Part shown: piece after piece, positions 23,408 through 31,771 of the stretch
Layout: every line of letters begins with the position of its first letter
Position numbering within the stretch: position 1 is the stretch's first letter
Source of the DNA: Nitrososphaera viennensis EN76
GTDB taxonomy: Archaea; Thermoproteota; Nitrososphaeria; Nitrososphaerales; Nitrososphaeraceae
Direction: 5' to 3'
Assembly: GCF_000698785.1 (NCBI RefSeq)
Contig: NZ_CP007536.1
Coordinates: 2,370,001-2,402,000, forward strand
Length of the DNA: 32,000 nucleotides
Translations under genes and position numbers: made by a program
Notes under the pieces: model-generated
Seen by the model: only the letters and a program-made list of their open reading frames with translations
The model's database searches: none
What the model was told of the DNA's origin: nothing

Positions 23408-24355
23408 CACGGGCGTCACGGGAAACGCGCCGCACGTCCTGCAGAATTTTCCTGCCCACTCGAAACAGCCGCCGCATTCCGGGCAGCGCCTGCTGCATCC
23501 TTTTCTTGTTTCCTCTTTTGGAGGCGGGTTGTAGCTGCGGAACATTGCGTAATAGTGCAGGTGCTCTTTGCTCCTCAGTTTCACGCCTTCTGAGAGCGCG
23601 ATTCTGGCTCTATTTGCATAAGTAGAGTCGTCTATCATGTCCTCGATGTACCTGTAGAACAGGTCGGTGCCGGCGCCCTGCTCCTGGGCCATCTTTTTGC
23701 GCCACGCAAGCGCCCCAAGGTCGCGCTCAAAGCATCTACGCAGGACAAACTTGCCCCACTTTTCTCCGTCGCGCTCGCCCGCCTTTTCGCTTGCAGGCAC
23801 AGACTTGGCGTATTCTGCAAACTCGCTGTCAAGGAATGGCGTCCTTACCTCGACGCCCACCTTTTCGCCAAGCGCCCTTGAGGAAAAATGCATCACTTGC
23901 CACAGGCGCGCAAGCTCTTGCTCAAGTCTTTCCACGTCGCCGTAATAGCGCGACAAATAGTTGTACCCTGCAAACAGTTCGTCGCCCCCGTCGCCCGTCA
24001 CCACGGCGCGGTGGCCGTCTTCCTTGGCGCGCTCTAGTGCTGCAAGCGCGACGCACGAATTGCGCACCTCTATCGGGTCAAACGTCCTGAAAACCTGTAC
24101 CACAGTGTCTATAAACTCGACCATTTTTTCCGGGCCGAATATAGCCTCTGAATGGACATTGCAGTACTTTTGCGCAACCTGCCGGGCGTACGCAAGGTCC
24201 GGCGCGTCCTTGCCAAGGGCTGCAGTCACGCAATACTGGGGCTTTAGGATGCTTGCAATGATCGCGCTGTCAAGCCCGCCTGACAGCAAGAGCGCGTCGG
24301 CGCGGTTTTTCTCTACCGCTTTTGCAAGCCTCTGTACAAGATCATTGCAGTCCAA
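23399..24355 (-). CDS. Asparagine synthetase-like ATP pyrophosphatase domain protein with no glutaminase domain and a C-terminal zinc ribbon
   Basis: PP-loop 'LLSGGLDSA', AsnB signature 'TGDGGDELFAGY', C-terminal 'CPECGGCFEWAGKFCRTCG'. Confidence 0.75.
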   Translation of the reverse strand: MDCNDLVQRLAKAVEKNRADALLLSGGLDSAIIASILKPQYCVTAALGKDAPDLAYARQVAQKYCNVHSEAIFGPEKMVEFIDTVVQVFRTFDPIEVRNSCVALAALERAKEDGHRAVVTGDGGDELFAGYNYLSRYYGDVERLEQELARLWQVMHFSSRALGEKVGVEVRTPFLDSEFAEYAKSVPASEKAGERDGEKWGKFVLRRCFERDLGALAWRKKMAQEQGAGTDLFYRYIEDMIDDSTYANRARIALSEGVKLRSKEHLHYYAMFRSYNPPPKEETRKGCSRRCPECGGCFEWAGKFCRTCGAFPVTPVSL

Positions 24356-24392
24356 TCTGCAAATATGGAAAAGGGAAGAGGGGTATTAGCCC

Positions 24393-24809
24393 TTACTCTG
24401 AGTTATGGTCGTCAGCCGGTGGCGCCTCGCAGAACTCTGTCAACACGCCGTTGAGCGATTTTGGATGGATGAACGTGATGCGCCTTCCGTACGAGCCGGT
24501 GCGCAGGTCGCCCAGCATCCTCATGCCCTGCGACTTGGCCCTGTTGACATCCTTGACGATGTCGTCGGCGGTTATGGCGATATGGTGTATGCCCTCGCCG
24601 CGTTCTTGCAGGAACTTGGATATCGGGCTGTCCGGGGACGTTGGCTCCATGAGCTCTATCCTCGTGTCTTCGAGCATGAGCATCGCAACCTTGACCTTTT
24701 CGTTGGGGACGGTCTCGATCTCGAGGTGGTCGACGTTGAGAATCTTTTGGTAGTTCTTCAGGGCCTCATCGACGTTGTTGACCGCGATGGCGATGTGGTC
24801 TACGCGCAT
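24393..24809 (-). CDS. mce: Methylmalonyl-CoA epimerase (VOC/glyoxalase fold)
   Basis: 'VDHIAIAV.N.DEAL..Y...L', 'IELMEPT...SPI.KFL..RGEGIHHIA', 'FIHPKS..GVL.E'. Located directly downstream of the mutase gene. Confidence 0.85.
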   Translation of the reverse strand: MRVDHIAIAVNNVDEALKNYQKILNVDHLEIETVPNEKVKVAMLMLEDTRIELMEPTSPDSPISKFLQERGEGIHHIAITADDIVKDVNRAKSQGMRMLGDLRTGSYGRRITFIHPKSLNGVLTEFCEAPPADDHNSE

Positions 24810-24847
24810 ATGCCTCTACTTCATGCCTCCGTCTTATTAATCTCATC

Positions 24848-26455
24848 TTAGAACGAGATCTTGGGCTCGTACCTGCCAAAGACTCCGCGCAGGGTGTCGC
24901 TTATCTCGCCAAGCGTGGTGTAGCTCTTGACGCAGTTGATGATGTGTGGCATGAGGTTCTCCTCCTTTTCCGCGTTCTCTTGCAGAGTCGCAAGCGCCGC
25001 GTTTACCTTTGCCATGTCGCGGCCTGCCTTGAACTCCTTCAGCCTAGCCAGCTGCTTCTTCTCTATCTCCGGGTCAATCCTGTTGAGCGCTGGCTCGACG
25101 TCATGGGCGTCCTGGTACTTGTTGACGCCAACAATGATTCTGCTGTTTTCGTCGATCTCTCTTTTCAGGCGGTAGGCGTTGTTGCGGATCTCCTCCTGGA
25201 AAAAGCCCTTTTCGATTGCCGCCATTGCGCCTCCCATCCTGTCGATGCGCTTTAGGTACTTCCACACCTGCTCTTCGATCTCGCTTGTTAGCCGCTCGAC
25301 GTAGTACGAGCCGGCCAGCGGGTCAACAGTCTTTATCGCGCCCGTCTCGCTTGCGATTATCTGCTGCGTGCGAAGCGCCACCTTGGCAGACTGCTCTGTC
25401 GGGAGCGCAAGGGCTTCGTCACGCGAGTTTGTGTGGAGCGACTGGCAGCCGCCGAGCACCGCGGCCATGGCCTCTGTCGCGACCCGTACGATGTTGTTGT
25501 CCACCTGCTGCGCCGTCAGCGATTCGCCGGAGGTCTGGACGTGGAAGCGCAAATGCTGCGACTTGGCGCTCCTTGCGTGGAACCTCTCCTTCATTATCCT
25601 GGCGTATATCCTGCGCGCGGCCCTGAACTTGGCAATTTCCTCAAAGAACTCCATCGTGCAGCAGAAAAAGAACGACAGCCTCGGCGCAAAGTCGTCGACC
25701 TTGAGGCCCCTTGCCGTGCACGTCTCGATGTACTCGATGGCGTCGGCAAACGTGAACGCCAGCTCCTGCACCGCGTTAGAGCCTGCCTCGCGTATGTGGT
25801 AGCCGGAGATGCTTACGGGGTACCACTGCGGCACCTTTTTTGAGCAATATTCTATCATGTCGCCTATGAGGCGCATCGAGGGCTTGGGCGGGTAGATGTA
25901 CGTGTTTCTTGCGATATACTCTTTCAGTATGTCGTTCTGCGTCGTGCCCCGAAGCTGGTCGGGTTTTACTCCCTGCGACTCGGCGACCGTGATGTACAGC
26001 GATAGCAGCGTCGACGCAGTCGAGTTGATGGTCATCGACGTGCTGACCTTGTCGAGCGGTATGCCCTCAAAGCAGGTCATCATATCCTTTATCGAACTGA
26101 TTGCAACGCCTGTCCTGCCTACCTCGCCCTCTGACATTGGATGGTCCGAGTCCCTGCCAGTCTGGGTCGGGAGGTCAAACGCCAATGACAATCCTGTCTG
26201 CCCCTTGTCAAGCAGGAACTTGAAGCGCTTGTTTGTTTCATCTGCGCTTCCAAAGCCGCTGTACTGGCGCATGGTCCAGACGCGCTCGCGGTACATGTCA
26301 GGATACAAGCCGCGCGTAAACGGGTACTTGCCAGGATCCTCGTCCTTGAGGCCCTTGATGTCGGCCTTTTTGTACACGCGCTTGACTGGGATGTTAGAGT
26401 CGGTTACTATCTTTTTTTTGCTCGTTGTTGCCGCGTTCTCTGCTGTTTTTGCCAT
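24848..26455 (-). CDS. mcmA: Methylmalonyl-CoA mutase, large (catalytic, substrate-binding) subunit
   Basis: 535 aa. 'PGKYPFTRG.YP.MYR...WTMRQY.GF', 'GQTGLS.AFDLPTQ.G.DSD', 'RTQQII..E'. Confidence 0.9.
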   Translation of the reverse strand: MAKTAENAATTSKKKIVTDSNIPVKRVYKKADIKGLKDEDPGKYPFTRGLYPDMYRERVWTMRQYSGFGSADETNKRFKFLLDKGQTGLSLAFDLPTQTGRDSDHPMSEGEVGRTGVAISSIKDMMTCFEGIPLDKVSTSMTINSTASTLLSLYITVAESQGVKPDQLRGTTQNDILKEYIARNTYIYPPKPSMRLIGDMIEYCSKKVPQWYPVSISGYHIREAGSNAVQELAFTFADAIEYIETCTARGLKVDDFAPRLSFFFCCTMEFFEEIAKFRAARRIYARIMKERFHARSAKSQHLRFHVQTSGESLTAQQVDNNIVRVATEAMAAVLGGCQSLHTNSRDEALALPTEQSAKVALRTQQIIASETGAIKTVDPLAGSYYVERLTSEIEEQVWKYLKRIDRMGGAMAAIEKGFFQEEIRNNAYRLKREIDENSRIIVGVNKYQDAHDVEPALNRIDPEIEKKQLARLKEFKAGRDMAKVNAALATLQENAEKEENLMPHIINCVKSYTTLGEISDTLRGVFGRYEPKISF

Positions 26456-26475
26456 CTCTTCTTTTCTCTCCTCGC

Positions 26476-27405
26476 CTACTTGAAGAGGCTTGCAGCAACC
26501 TTGTCTGCAGCCATGTACGGGTCTATCTCCTTCTTGGCAAGCTTGTCTATAAAAGCTGAATATTTTTTGTTCTCCTTTAGCATGGAAGCGACCTTTTGCG
26601 AGACAATGTCTGAAACCATGTTTTTCAACTCGTCCTCTAGCATCTTCCTCTCGCGTACTTTATAATTAATGCTTCTTTCCTCTAGCAACTTGTCAATATG
26701 CTGCGCTAGTTCCCTGACACCCTTGCCCGTCTTGGCAGACGTCTTCAATATGGGAGGCCTGCGCTCGGTGTCGCCTATCATGTCGACAAGGATGTTGTAC
26801 AGCGGGCCTGCGCCGTCGATGTCGGCCTTGTTGACGACGTAAATGTCTCCCACCTCTGTCAGCCCTGCCTTGACTGCCTGTACGTTGTCGCCCGTGTTTG
26901 GCGTAAACAGCACGACCGTCAGATCGACTACCTTGGTTATCTCTATTTCAAGCTGGCCTGCGCCCACGCTTTCTACCAGAATAAGGTCATAGCCGGCGGC
27001 GTCAAGCACCCTGATTGCGTTCCGGAGCGACTTTGACACCCCTCCCACCGCGCCCCTTGACGCCATGCTCCTCATGAACACTTTCTCATCATCGAGGCTT
27101 CCAAGCATCCTCACCCTGTCGCCGAGTATGGCGCCTCCCGTTATAGGGCTTGTCGGGTCCACCGCCAGGACGGCAACCTTGTGGCCAAGCGCCTGGCACT
27201 CCGGTATCAGCCGGCCCAAAAGCGAGCTCTTGCCTGCGCCTCCCGGCCCGGTAAAGCCGACGGTGCGCGCCTTGCCCGTCCTCTCGAAAATCTCTTTGAT
27301 TATCTGCCTCGACTCGGGCTCGTGGTTATCAACGATTGAAATTGCCCTTGCGAGGGAGCGCCTGTCGCCCTGCATGAGGCCTTTTACTATGGGAAGCACG
27401 GACAA
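26476..27405 (-). CDS. meaB: MeaB/ArgK-type G-protein chaperone of methylmalonyl-CoA mutase
   Basis: 'GDRRSLARAISIV', P-loop 'GPGGAGKSSL', 'VAVLAVDPTSP.TGGAILGDR', 'VESVGAGQ', 'NKAD'. Confidence 0.9.
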   Translation of the reverse strand: MSVLPIVKGLMQGDRRSLARAISIVDNHEPESRQIIKEIFERTGKARTVGFTGPGGAGKSSLLGRLIPECQALGHKVAVLAVDPTSPITGGAILGDRVRMLGSLDDEKVFMRSMASRGAVGGVSKSLRNAIRVLDAAGYDLILVESVGAGQLEIEITKVVDLTVVLFTPNTGDNVQAVKAGLTEVGDIYVVNKADIDGAGPLYNILVDMIGDTERRPPILKTSAKTGKGVRELAQHIDKLLEERSINYKVRERKMLEDELKNMVSDIVSQKVASMLKENKKYSAFIDKLAKKEIDPYMAADKVAASLFK

Positions 27406-27441
27406 GCTGGGTACTGAATATTATATATCCTTAACAAATCA

Positions 27442-27657
27442 TCATGCAGTCAGCGACTGGGAGATAATCTTGGCAAGGTCGCCTTTTCCTTCCCTGTGGT
27501 AGCGCTTCATGCTGGCATGCAACTGCTTGCGCATCTGCTTGTACATGTCGACCTTGTCGTACGAAGCGAGGTCCTGGGCATCAACGGATTTTTTCAGCTG
27601 CTTGTAGATGTCCACCTGCCTCTTTACGCTCTCGACCTCTACTTTTGAAGAAGCCAT
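27442..27657 (-). CDS. Small helical protein (71 aa) with an internal repeat, first gene of the meaB-mutase-epimerase string
   Basis: Repeat 'VKRQVDIYKQLKKS' / 'YDKVDMYKQMRKQ'. A/T box about 25 nt upstream on the minus strand (about 27675-27692). 36-nt gap to meaB. Confidence 0.5.
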   Translation of the reverse strand: MASSKVEVESVKRQVDIYKQLKKSVDAQDLASYDKVDMYKQMRKQLHASMKRYHREGKGDLAKIISQSLTA

Positions 27658-27770
27658 GCAATGTAATTATTGCATCTTTATTATATATGGCTTCTAAACG
27701 GCAGGCTTTATTAATCGCATTTGCAGTGAATAAATATTTTAAGCGGAAAAACTGCATAGCAGGTGATATA

Positions 27771-28223
27771 ATGTCAGCAGCGTCTTCTACTACTACTGCT
27801 ATGCAACAACAGCAACAGCAAAAGCCGATAAGGGTGCTCGTTTCCAAGCTTGGCCTTGACGGCCACGACAGGGGAGCACTCGTGCTTTGCAGGGCGTTTC
27901 GCGACGCGGGCATGGAGGTAATCTATTCCGGCCTGTTCTGCACTCCAGAGCAGGTAGCAAGCATGGCAGTCGACGAGGACGTCGACGTGGTCGCGATGAG
28001 CCTGCTTAACGGCGCGCACCTGACGCTGTTCCCAAAGGTCGCCCGGCTCTTGAATGAAAAGGGCGCAGGCGACATACTAGTGGTCGGCGGCGGCATCATT
28101 CCTGAATCTGACAGGAAGGAGCTTGAAAGCAAGGGCGTGACTGGCAACTTTGGGCCCGGAACTCCGCTTTCAATAATAATAAAACACATTAATGAAAACG
28201 TAAAGAAGAAAGGCAAGCAGTAG
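27771..28223 (+). CDS. Methylmalonyl-CoA mutase, small (B12-binding) subunit
   Basis: 'IRVLVSKLGLDGHDRGA' (DxHxxG cobalamin motif), 'VDVVAMSLLNGAH', 'VVGGGIIP'. ATG 27771 follows the A/T box at 27729-27741. ATG 27801 is an alternative start. The longer track ORF (27645) overlaps the divergent gene. Confidence 0.9.
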   Translation: MSAASSTTTAMQQQQQQKPIRVLVSKLGLDGHDRGALVLCRAFRDAGMEVIYSGLFCTPEQVASMAVDEDVDVVAMSLLNGAHLTLFPKVARLLNEKGAGDILVVGGGIIPESDRKELESKGVTGNFGPGTPLSIIIKHINENVKKKGKQ

Positions 28224-28262
28224 TAGGTAGGGCCTTTCTCTTTCTTATCCTTTGTAAAAATC

Positions 28263-29264
28263 TCAGGTCTCTTGTTCTGGCCACATCATCTTGCGGAGGT
28301 CCTTGCCGACCTTCTCTATCTGGTGGTTCTCTATGTCCTTCATGTAGCGGGCAAACGAGTTCTTGCCTTCCTTCTTGTACTTGCTGACCCATTCATCCGC
28401 AAACTCGCCTGACTGGATTTCGTTGAGCACCTGCTTCATCTTCTTCTTGGCGTCCTTGTCAACAACTCGGGGCCCGCGGGTAAGGCCGCCATAGCGGGCA
28501 GTCTCGCTCACACGGTTGTACATGCCCGTCAGGCCGTACTTTTGTACAAGGTCGGTTATCAGTTTCAGCTCGTGGAGGCACTCAAAATACGCCACCTCTG
28601 GCTGGTACCCTGCCTCGACCAGCGTCTCAAAGGCGTTCATGACAAGCGCGTGCGTCCCGCCGCACAGGTCAACCTGCTCGCCAAACCAGTCAGTTTCCAC
28701 CTCCTCCTTGAAATCAGTCTTTAGCACGCCCGGCCTCGTGCTTCCGATGCCCTTTGCCATCGCAAGGACGCGGTCCCACGCCCTGCCTGTGTGGTCCTGG
28801 TGCACGGCCACAAGCGACGGGATGCCAAAGCCGTCCTGGTACAATTCGCGGACGCGCTGGCCTGGCCCCTTTGGCGCGACCATGATGACGTCGACGTCCT
28901 TTGGCGGGACTATCCACTTCCAGTGGATGGCGGCGCCGTGCGAAAATGACAGCGCCTTGCCCGCGGTGACGTGCTTGGCAATGTCACGCTTGTAGGTCTC
29001 TTCCTGCTCCATGTCAGGGATAAGGATGTGGATAATGTCTGCAGCTTTTGCAGCGTTGGCTACTTCCATGACCTTGTGGCCTTCTGCCTCTGCCTGCTTC
29101 CAGGTCTTGCCTCCCTTTCTCAGCCCGACTATTACGTTGAGGCCCGAATCCTTCATGTTGGAGGCCTGGGCGCGGCCCTGGATGCCATAACCGATAACCG
29201 CTATTGTCTGCTTCTTTATTGGGTCAAGCGATACCTCTCTGTCAAGCCATTTCTTGGCGGGCAT
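28263..29264 (-). CDS. ilvC: Ketol-acid reductoisomerase
   Basis: 'IAVIGYGIQGRAQASNMKDSGLNV.VGLR', 'HGAAIHW', 'CGG...L+...FETLVEAGYQPE.AYFE'. Confidence 0.92.
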   Translation of the reverse strand: MPAKKWLDREVSLDPIKKQTIAVIGYGIQGRAQASNMKDSGLNVIVGLRKGGKTWKQAEAEGHKVMEVANAAKAADIIHILIPDMEQEETYKRDIAKHVTAGKALSFSHGAAIHWKWIVPPKDVDVIMVAPKGPGQRVRELYQDGFGIPSLVAVHQDHTGRAWDRVLAMAKGIGSTRPGVLKTDFKEEVETDWFGEQVDLCGGTHALVMNAFETLVEAGYQPEVAYFECLHELKLITDLVQKYGLTGMYNRVSETARYGGLTRGPRVVDKDAKKKMKQVLNEIQSGEFADEWVSKYKKEGKNSFARYMKDIENHQIEKVGKDLRKMMWPEQET

Positions 29265-29327
29265 GTCGTGAAAAAGTCTCCGTCTCGTGTATATTATTGT
29301 ATGGACACGAAGATGACAACATCATCA

Positions 29328-29786
29328 TTATTTTACTATCGTGACAGAACACTGGCAGTTCCTTGCCACTTTTTCAGACACGCTTCCAATAAGCATCCCC
29401 TTGAAGAACCCGAGACCCCTCCTGCCTATTATCACGACGTCTGCATCAGTCTCTGCGCAATATTTGCAGATGGCGTCGGCGACATCATCGTTATCTGCCC
29501 TGACAATTTCGGATCTTATCTTGTTCCTGAAAGTGAACATGTTGCTGCCTATCACCAGGGCTTCGTGCAGGCCTCTTGCCTCCTCTTCTGTCTTTTGCAG
29601 CTTGTCATGGTCGATCCTGCCCTCTGTGTCTACAACGTCGCTGTTTCTTATTACCGTGAGCACTATGGTCTCGCAGCCTGTGGCGTTTGCCAGGCTGGCC
29701 GCAAAGCCGGCACATTTTCTGGAATTTTCAGAGGAGTCGACTGCGACTACGATGCGCCTTATTTTTTCTCCAGATCCTTCTTCCAT
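29328..29786 (-). CDS. Universal stress protein (UspA family)
   Basis: 'IVVAVDSSENS', 'DADVVIIGRRGLG.....LIGSVSEKVARN..CSV.IVK'. Confidence 0.85.
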   Translation of the reverse strand: MEEGSGEKIRRIVVAVDSSENSRKCAGFAASLANATGCETIVLTVIRNSDVVDTEGRIDHDKLQKTEEEARGLHEALVIGSNMFTFRNKIRSEIVRADNDDVADAICKYCAETDADVVIIGRRGLGFFKGMLIGSVSEKVARNCQCSVTIVK

Positions 29787-29910
29787 GCCTTGTTGTATGT
29801 GTATTGCAGGGCGCGCTCGTACATTAGCATTGGCAAACTCTTGATTGCACGCGCTTGCAAATGACGGAAAGGCAAAAAAATCGCCTGTGCATTTTGCCGG
29901 GAGTTAGTTT

Positions 29911-30531
29911 ATGAGCGCGGCCAGTCCTCCGGGGCGCAGGCAGAAAAAAACTGCAGGCGTCCTGCGTGCATTGCTAAAAACATACGCCATGAAAATAGGC
30001 TGTAACGATGATCGCACCCCTCCTGTCAAGATTGCGGCCAGAAGCCAGCTTGTCCCGTCGCTTGCGTCGCTTGCAGGCGCGCTGGCCGGGATCGTCGCGG
30101 TGGGCTTTGTTGCCTCTTATTTTTCTCTGCCTCTTCTCATTGCGCCCTTTGGGGCATCGGTCGTCCTGCTCTTTTCTGTGTACGACAGCCCACTTGCGCA
30201 GCCGCGCAACACCGTCCTTGGGCACGTGATGTCCGGGGCAATAGGGGCCGCCGCGGCCCTGCTGCACATCGCCTATTTTGCTTCAGGTGGCGAAGAAAAA
30301 TACGTCTTGATAGCGATCTCTGTGGCAGTCTCTATCTTTGCAATGCAGATCCTGAGGCTGACGCACCCGCCGGCCGGAGCGACCGCGTTTCTGGCGTCAA
30401 CGGCGGTGACTGACGCAAGCTCCCTTGTCTGGTTCATGATCCCTGTGGCCGCCGGCGCCCTGATTCTGGTTGCGGTGGCGATCGCATTCAACAACGCAAT
30501 CCCGAAAAGAAGGTATCCCGTGTATTGGTAA
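29911..30531 (+). CDS. HPP-family integral membrane protein
   Basis: Four or five TM helices with the family-defining 'THPPAGATA' motif. The start is uncertain; ATG 29989 is also possible. Confidence 0.75.
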   Translation: MSAASPPGRRQKKTAGVLRALLKTYAMKIGCNDDRTPPVKIAARSQLVPSLASLAGALAGIVAVGFVASYFSLPLLIAPFGASVVLLFSVYDSPLAQPRNTVLGHVMSGAIGAAAALLHIAYFASGGEEKYVLIAISVAVSIFAMQILRLTHPPAGATAFLASTAVTDASSLVWFMIPVAAGALILVAVAIAFNNAIPKRRYPVYW

Positions 30532-30661
30532 TGACGGCCTTTTGAGCCCATAAAGCCGTGTGCCCTGGCGGAAACGCTTTTACTTTTTTGCGCCGTATAA
30601 AGGCCATCCTGTGAAATGGCGGCCCGGGTTTCGGCTCCGTTCACCGCAGGCCGCTATTGCG

Positions 30662-30710
30662 GTAAAGGGGATAGGCCAAACACGGAGCTGGCCCATAAAA
30701 GCCCCTTTAC
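30662..30710. other. Nested GC-rich hairpin in a convergent intergenic region
   Basis: GTAAAGGGG-ata-GGCCA-aacacggagc-TGGCC-cataaaag-CCCCTTTAC: a 9-bp outer stem and a 5-bp inner stem. Strand and function are unknown. Confidence 0.3.
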
Positions 30711-30746
30711 CAACAGGCTCGCTATTGCCAGCGTCACCTGTGCGCT

Positions 30747-31079
30747 TTAAAGCGGCCCTGTCACGGTGGGAAGCAAAAGCCCGACTATTGCAGCCATTAT
30801 CCATATTATTACGGCCACTGCAAGCGCCCTGAGCCATCCCATGTCGTACAGCCCCTTTAGCGCAAGGAGCCACACAAACCCGCCTATTATTGCGGCCAGC
30901 CAGCCCGTGCCAAACAGAAAATAGCTCACAGAATAGACGATCGCGCCTATTATGGCGGCCAAAAAGGCGCGGCCTATACCCTCTTTTTCCCCAAACAGCT
31001 TTGTAACAATGTAGATTATGACCGTGGAAACGACCAAGCTTATGATGAAAGTGATGGCATAAGTGATTTCGTTAGCCAT
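30747..31079 (-). CDS. Small integral membrane protein (110 aa, 3-4 TM)
   Basis: Strongly hydrophobic with Gly/Ala-rich helices. A/T box about 25 nt upstream on the minus strand (about 31097-31110). No family recognised with confidence. Confidence 0.6.
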   Translation of the reverse strand: MANEITYAITFIISLVVSTVIIYIVTKLFGEKEGIGRAFLAAIIGAIVYSVSYFLFGTGWLAAIIGGFVWLLALKGLYDMGWLRALAVAVIIWIMAAIVGLLLPTVTGPL

Positions 31080-31234
31080 TCAGGCTATCGTGTGGTGCTA
31101 ATAATAAAAAAGAGTTTGATTAAATGCTGCTTGATCCACCGCGCAAGAAACTGCCGGATGGCAGATTTAAAACGCTTTGTTATTTTCCCCGTGGGCATCT
31201 AAACTCCTTAATAATTTAAAGCCGAAATTCAGAC

Positions 31235-31771
31235 ATGGAGACTGCAAAAGGGACAACAACACACACGCTTGCCGGCAAGAGTCCGGAAGAAATAGCTGAA
31301 GCGATAAAAACTATTGCCAAAAACATACGCGAATCTTCTATGCAGATAAGGGAGACCGTAAGGACGCTCAGGGAAAGCGGCGGATTGCATGAGATAAGCG
31401 AGGCAGTGAGCATTGCGGCAATTGCCGCCCGGGATACCGCCAGGGACATTAACGAGACTGCCAAGGAGCTGCAGGAAAAAGGCGTAATCGATAACACCGT
31501 AAACGCCATAAGCGAGACGGCCAGCACCACAAAGGATACAGTAAAGCAGTTCAAGGGACAGGCCAGCAAGTCTGCTGGAACCCTGAAGGCGACCAAACAG
31601 GACTTGCAAGAAACGGGCAAGGACCTCAAGGAGATAGGTCAGAACCTGAAAGAGTCGGTAACCGACACGCCAGGTGCAAGGCAGGGATCCGGCGCCGACA
31701 GCGGGATGATGAAGGGTGAAAAGGAGCCCGCACAAAAAGACCGGGCAAAGAAAAGCGGCGAAAGGTATTGA
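31235..31771 (+). CDS. Hydrophilic repeat protein, LEA/stress-protein-like (178 aa)
   Basis: No hydrophobic segments. Recurrent 'ET(A/G)K(E/D)L(Q/K)E', 'DT(A/V)..', 'K.T...' helical repeats. Lys/Glu/Thr-rich. Confidence 0.55.
   Translation: METAKGTTTHTLAGKSPEEIAEAIKTIAKNIRESSMQIRETVRTLRESGGLHEISEAVSIAAIAARDTARDINETAKELQEKGVIDNTVNAISETASTTKDTVKQFKGQASKSAGTLKATKQDLQETGKDLKEIGQNLKESVTDTPGARQGSGADSGMMKGEKEPAQKDRAKKSGERY

Noticed and set aside
27804-27821. CAA/CAG repeat (poly-Gln) as a microsatellite
   Set aside because: It lies in frame in the N-terminal linker of the B12-binding mutase subunit (MQQQQQQ). I treat it as low-complexity coding sequence, not an independent repeat element.
29265-29327. 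AUGAUGA on the minus strand just after the USP stop
   Set aside because: No D box or terminal stem follows. The sequence contains the A/T box of the ilvC promoter instead.
28971-29864. 297-aa plus-strand ORF spanning the ilvC 5' end and the USP gene
   Set aside because: It runs antisense across two well-supported minus-strand genes and their intergenic promoter, and has no recognisable domain.
30662-30716. H/ACA sRNA interpretation of the nested hairpin (ACA at 30713-30715)
   Set aside because: The internal loop is very asymmetric (3 versus 8 nt), the upper stem is only 5 bp, and there is no recognisable K-turn or K-loop. It is kept only as an unexplained structured element.
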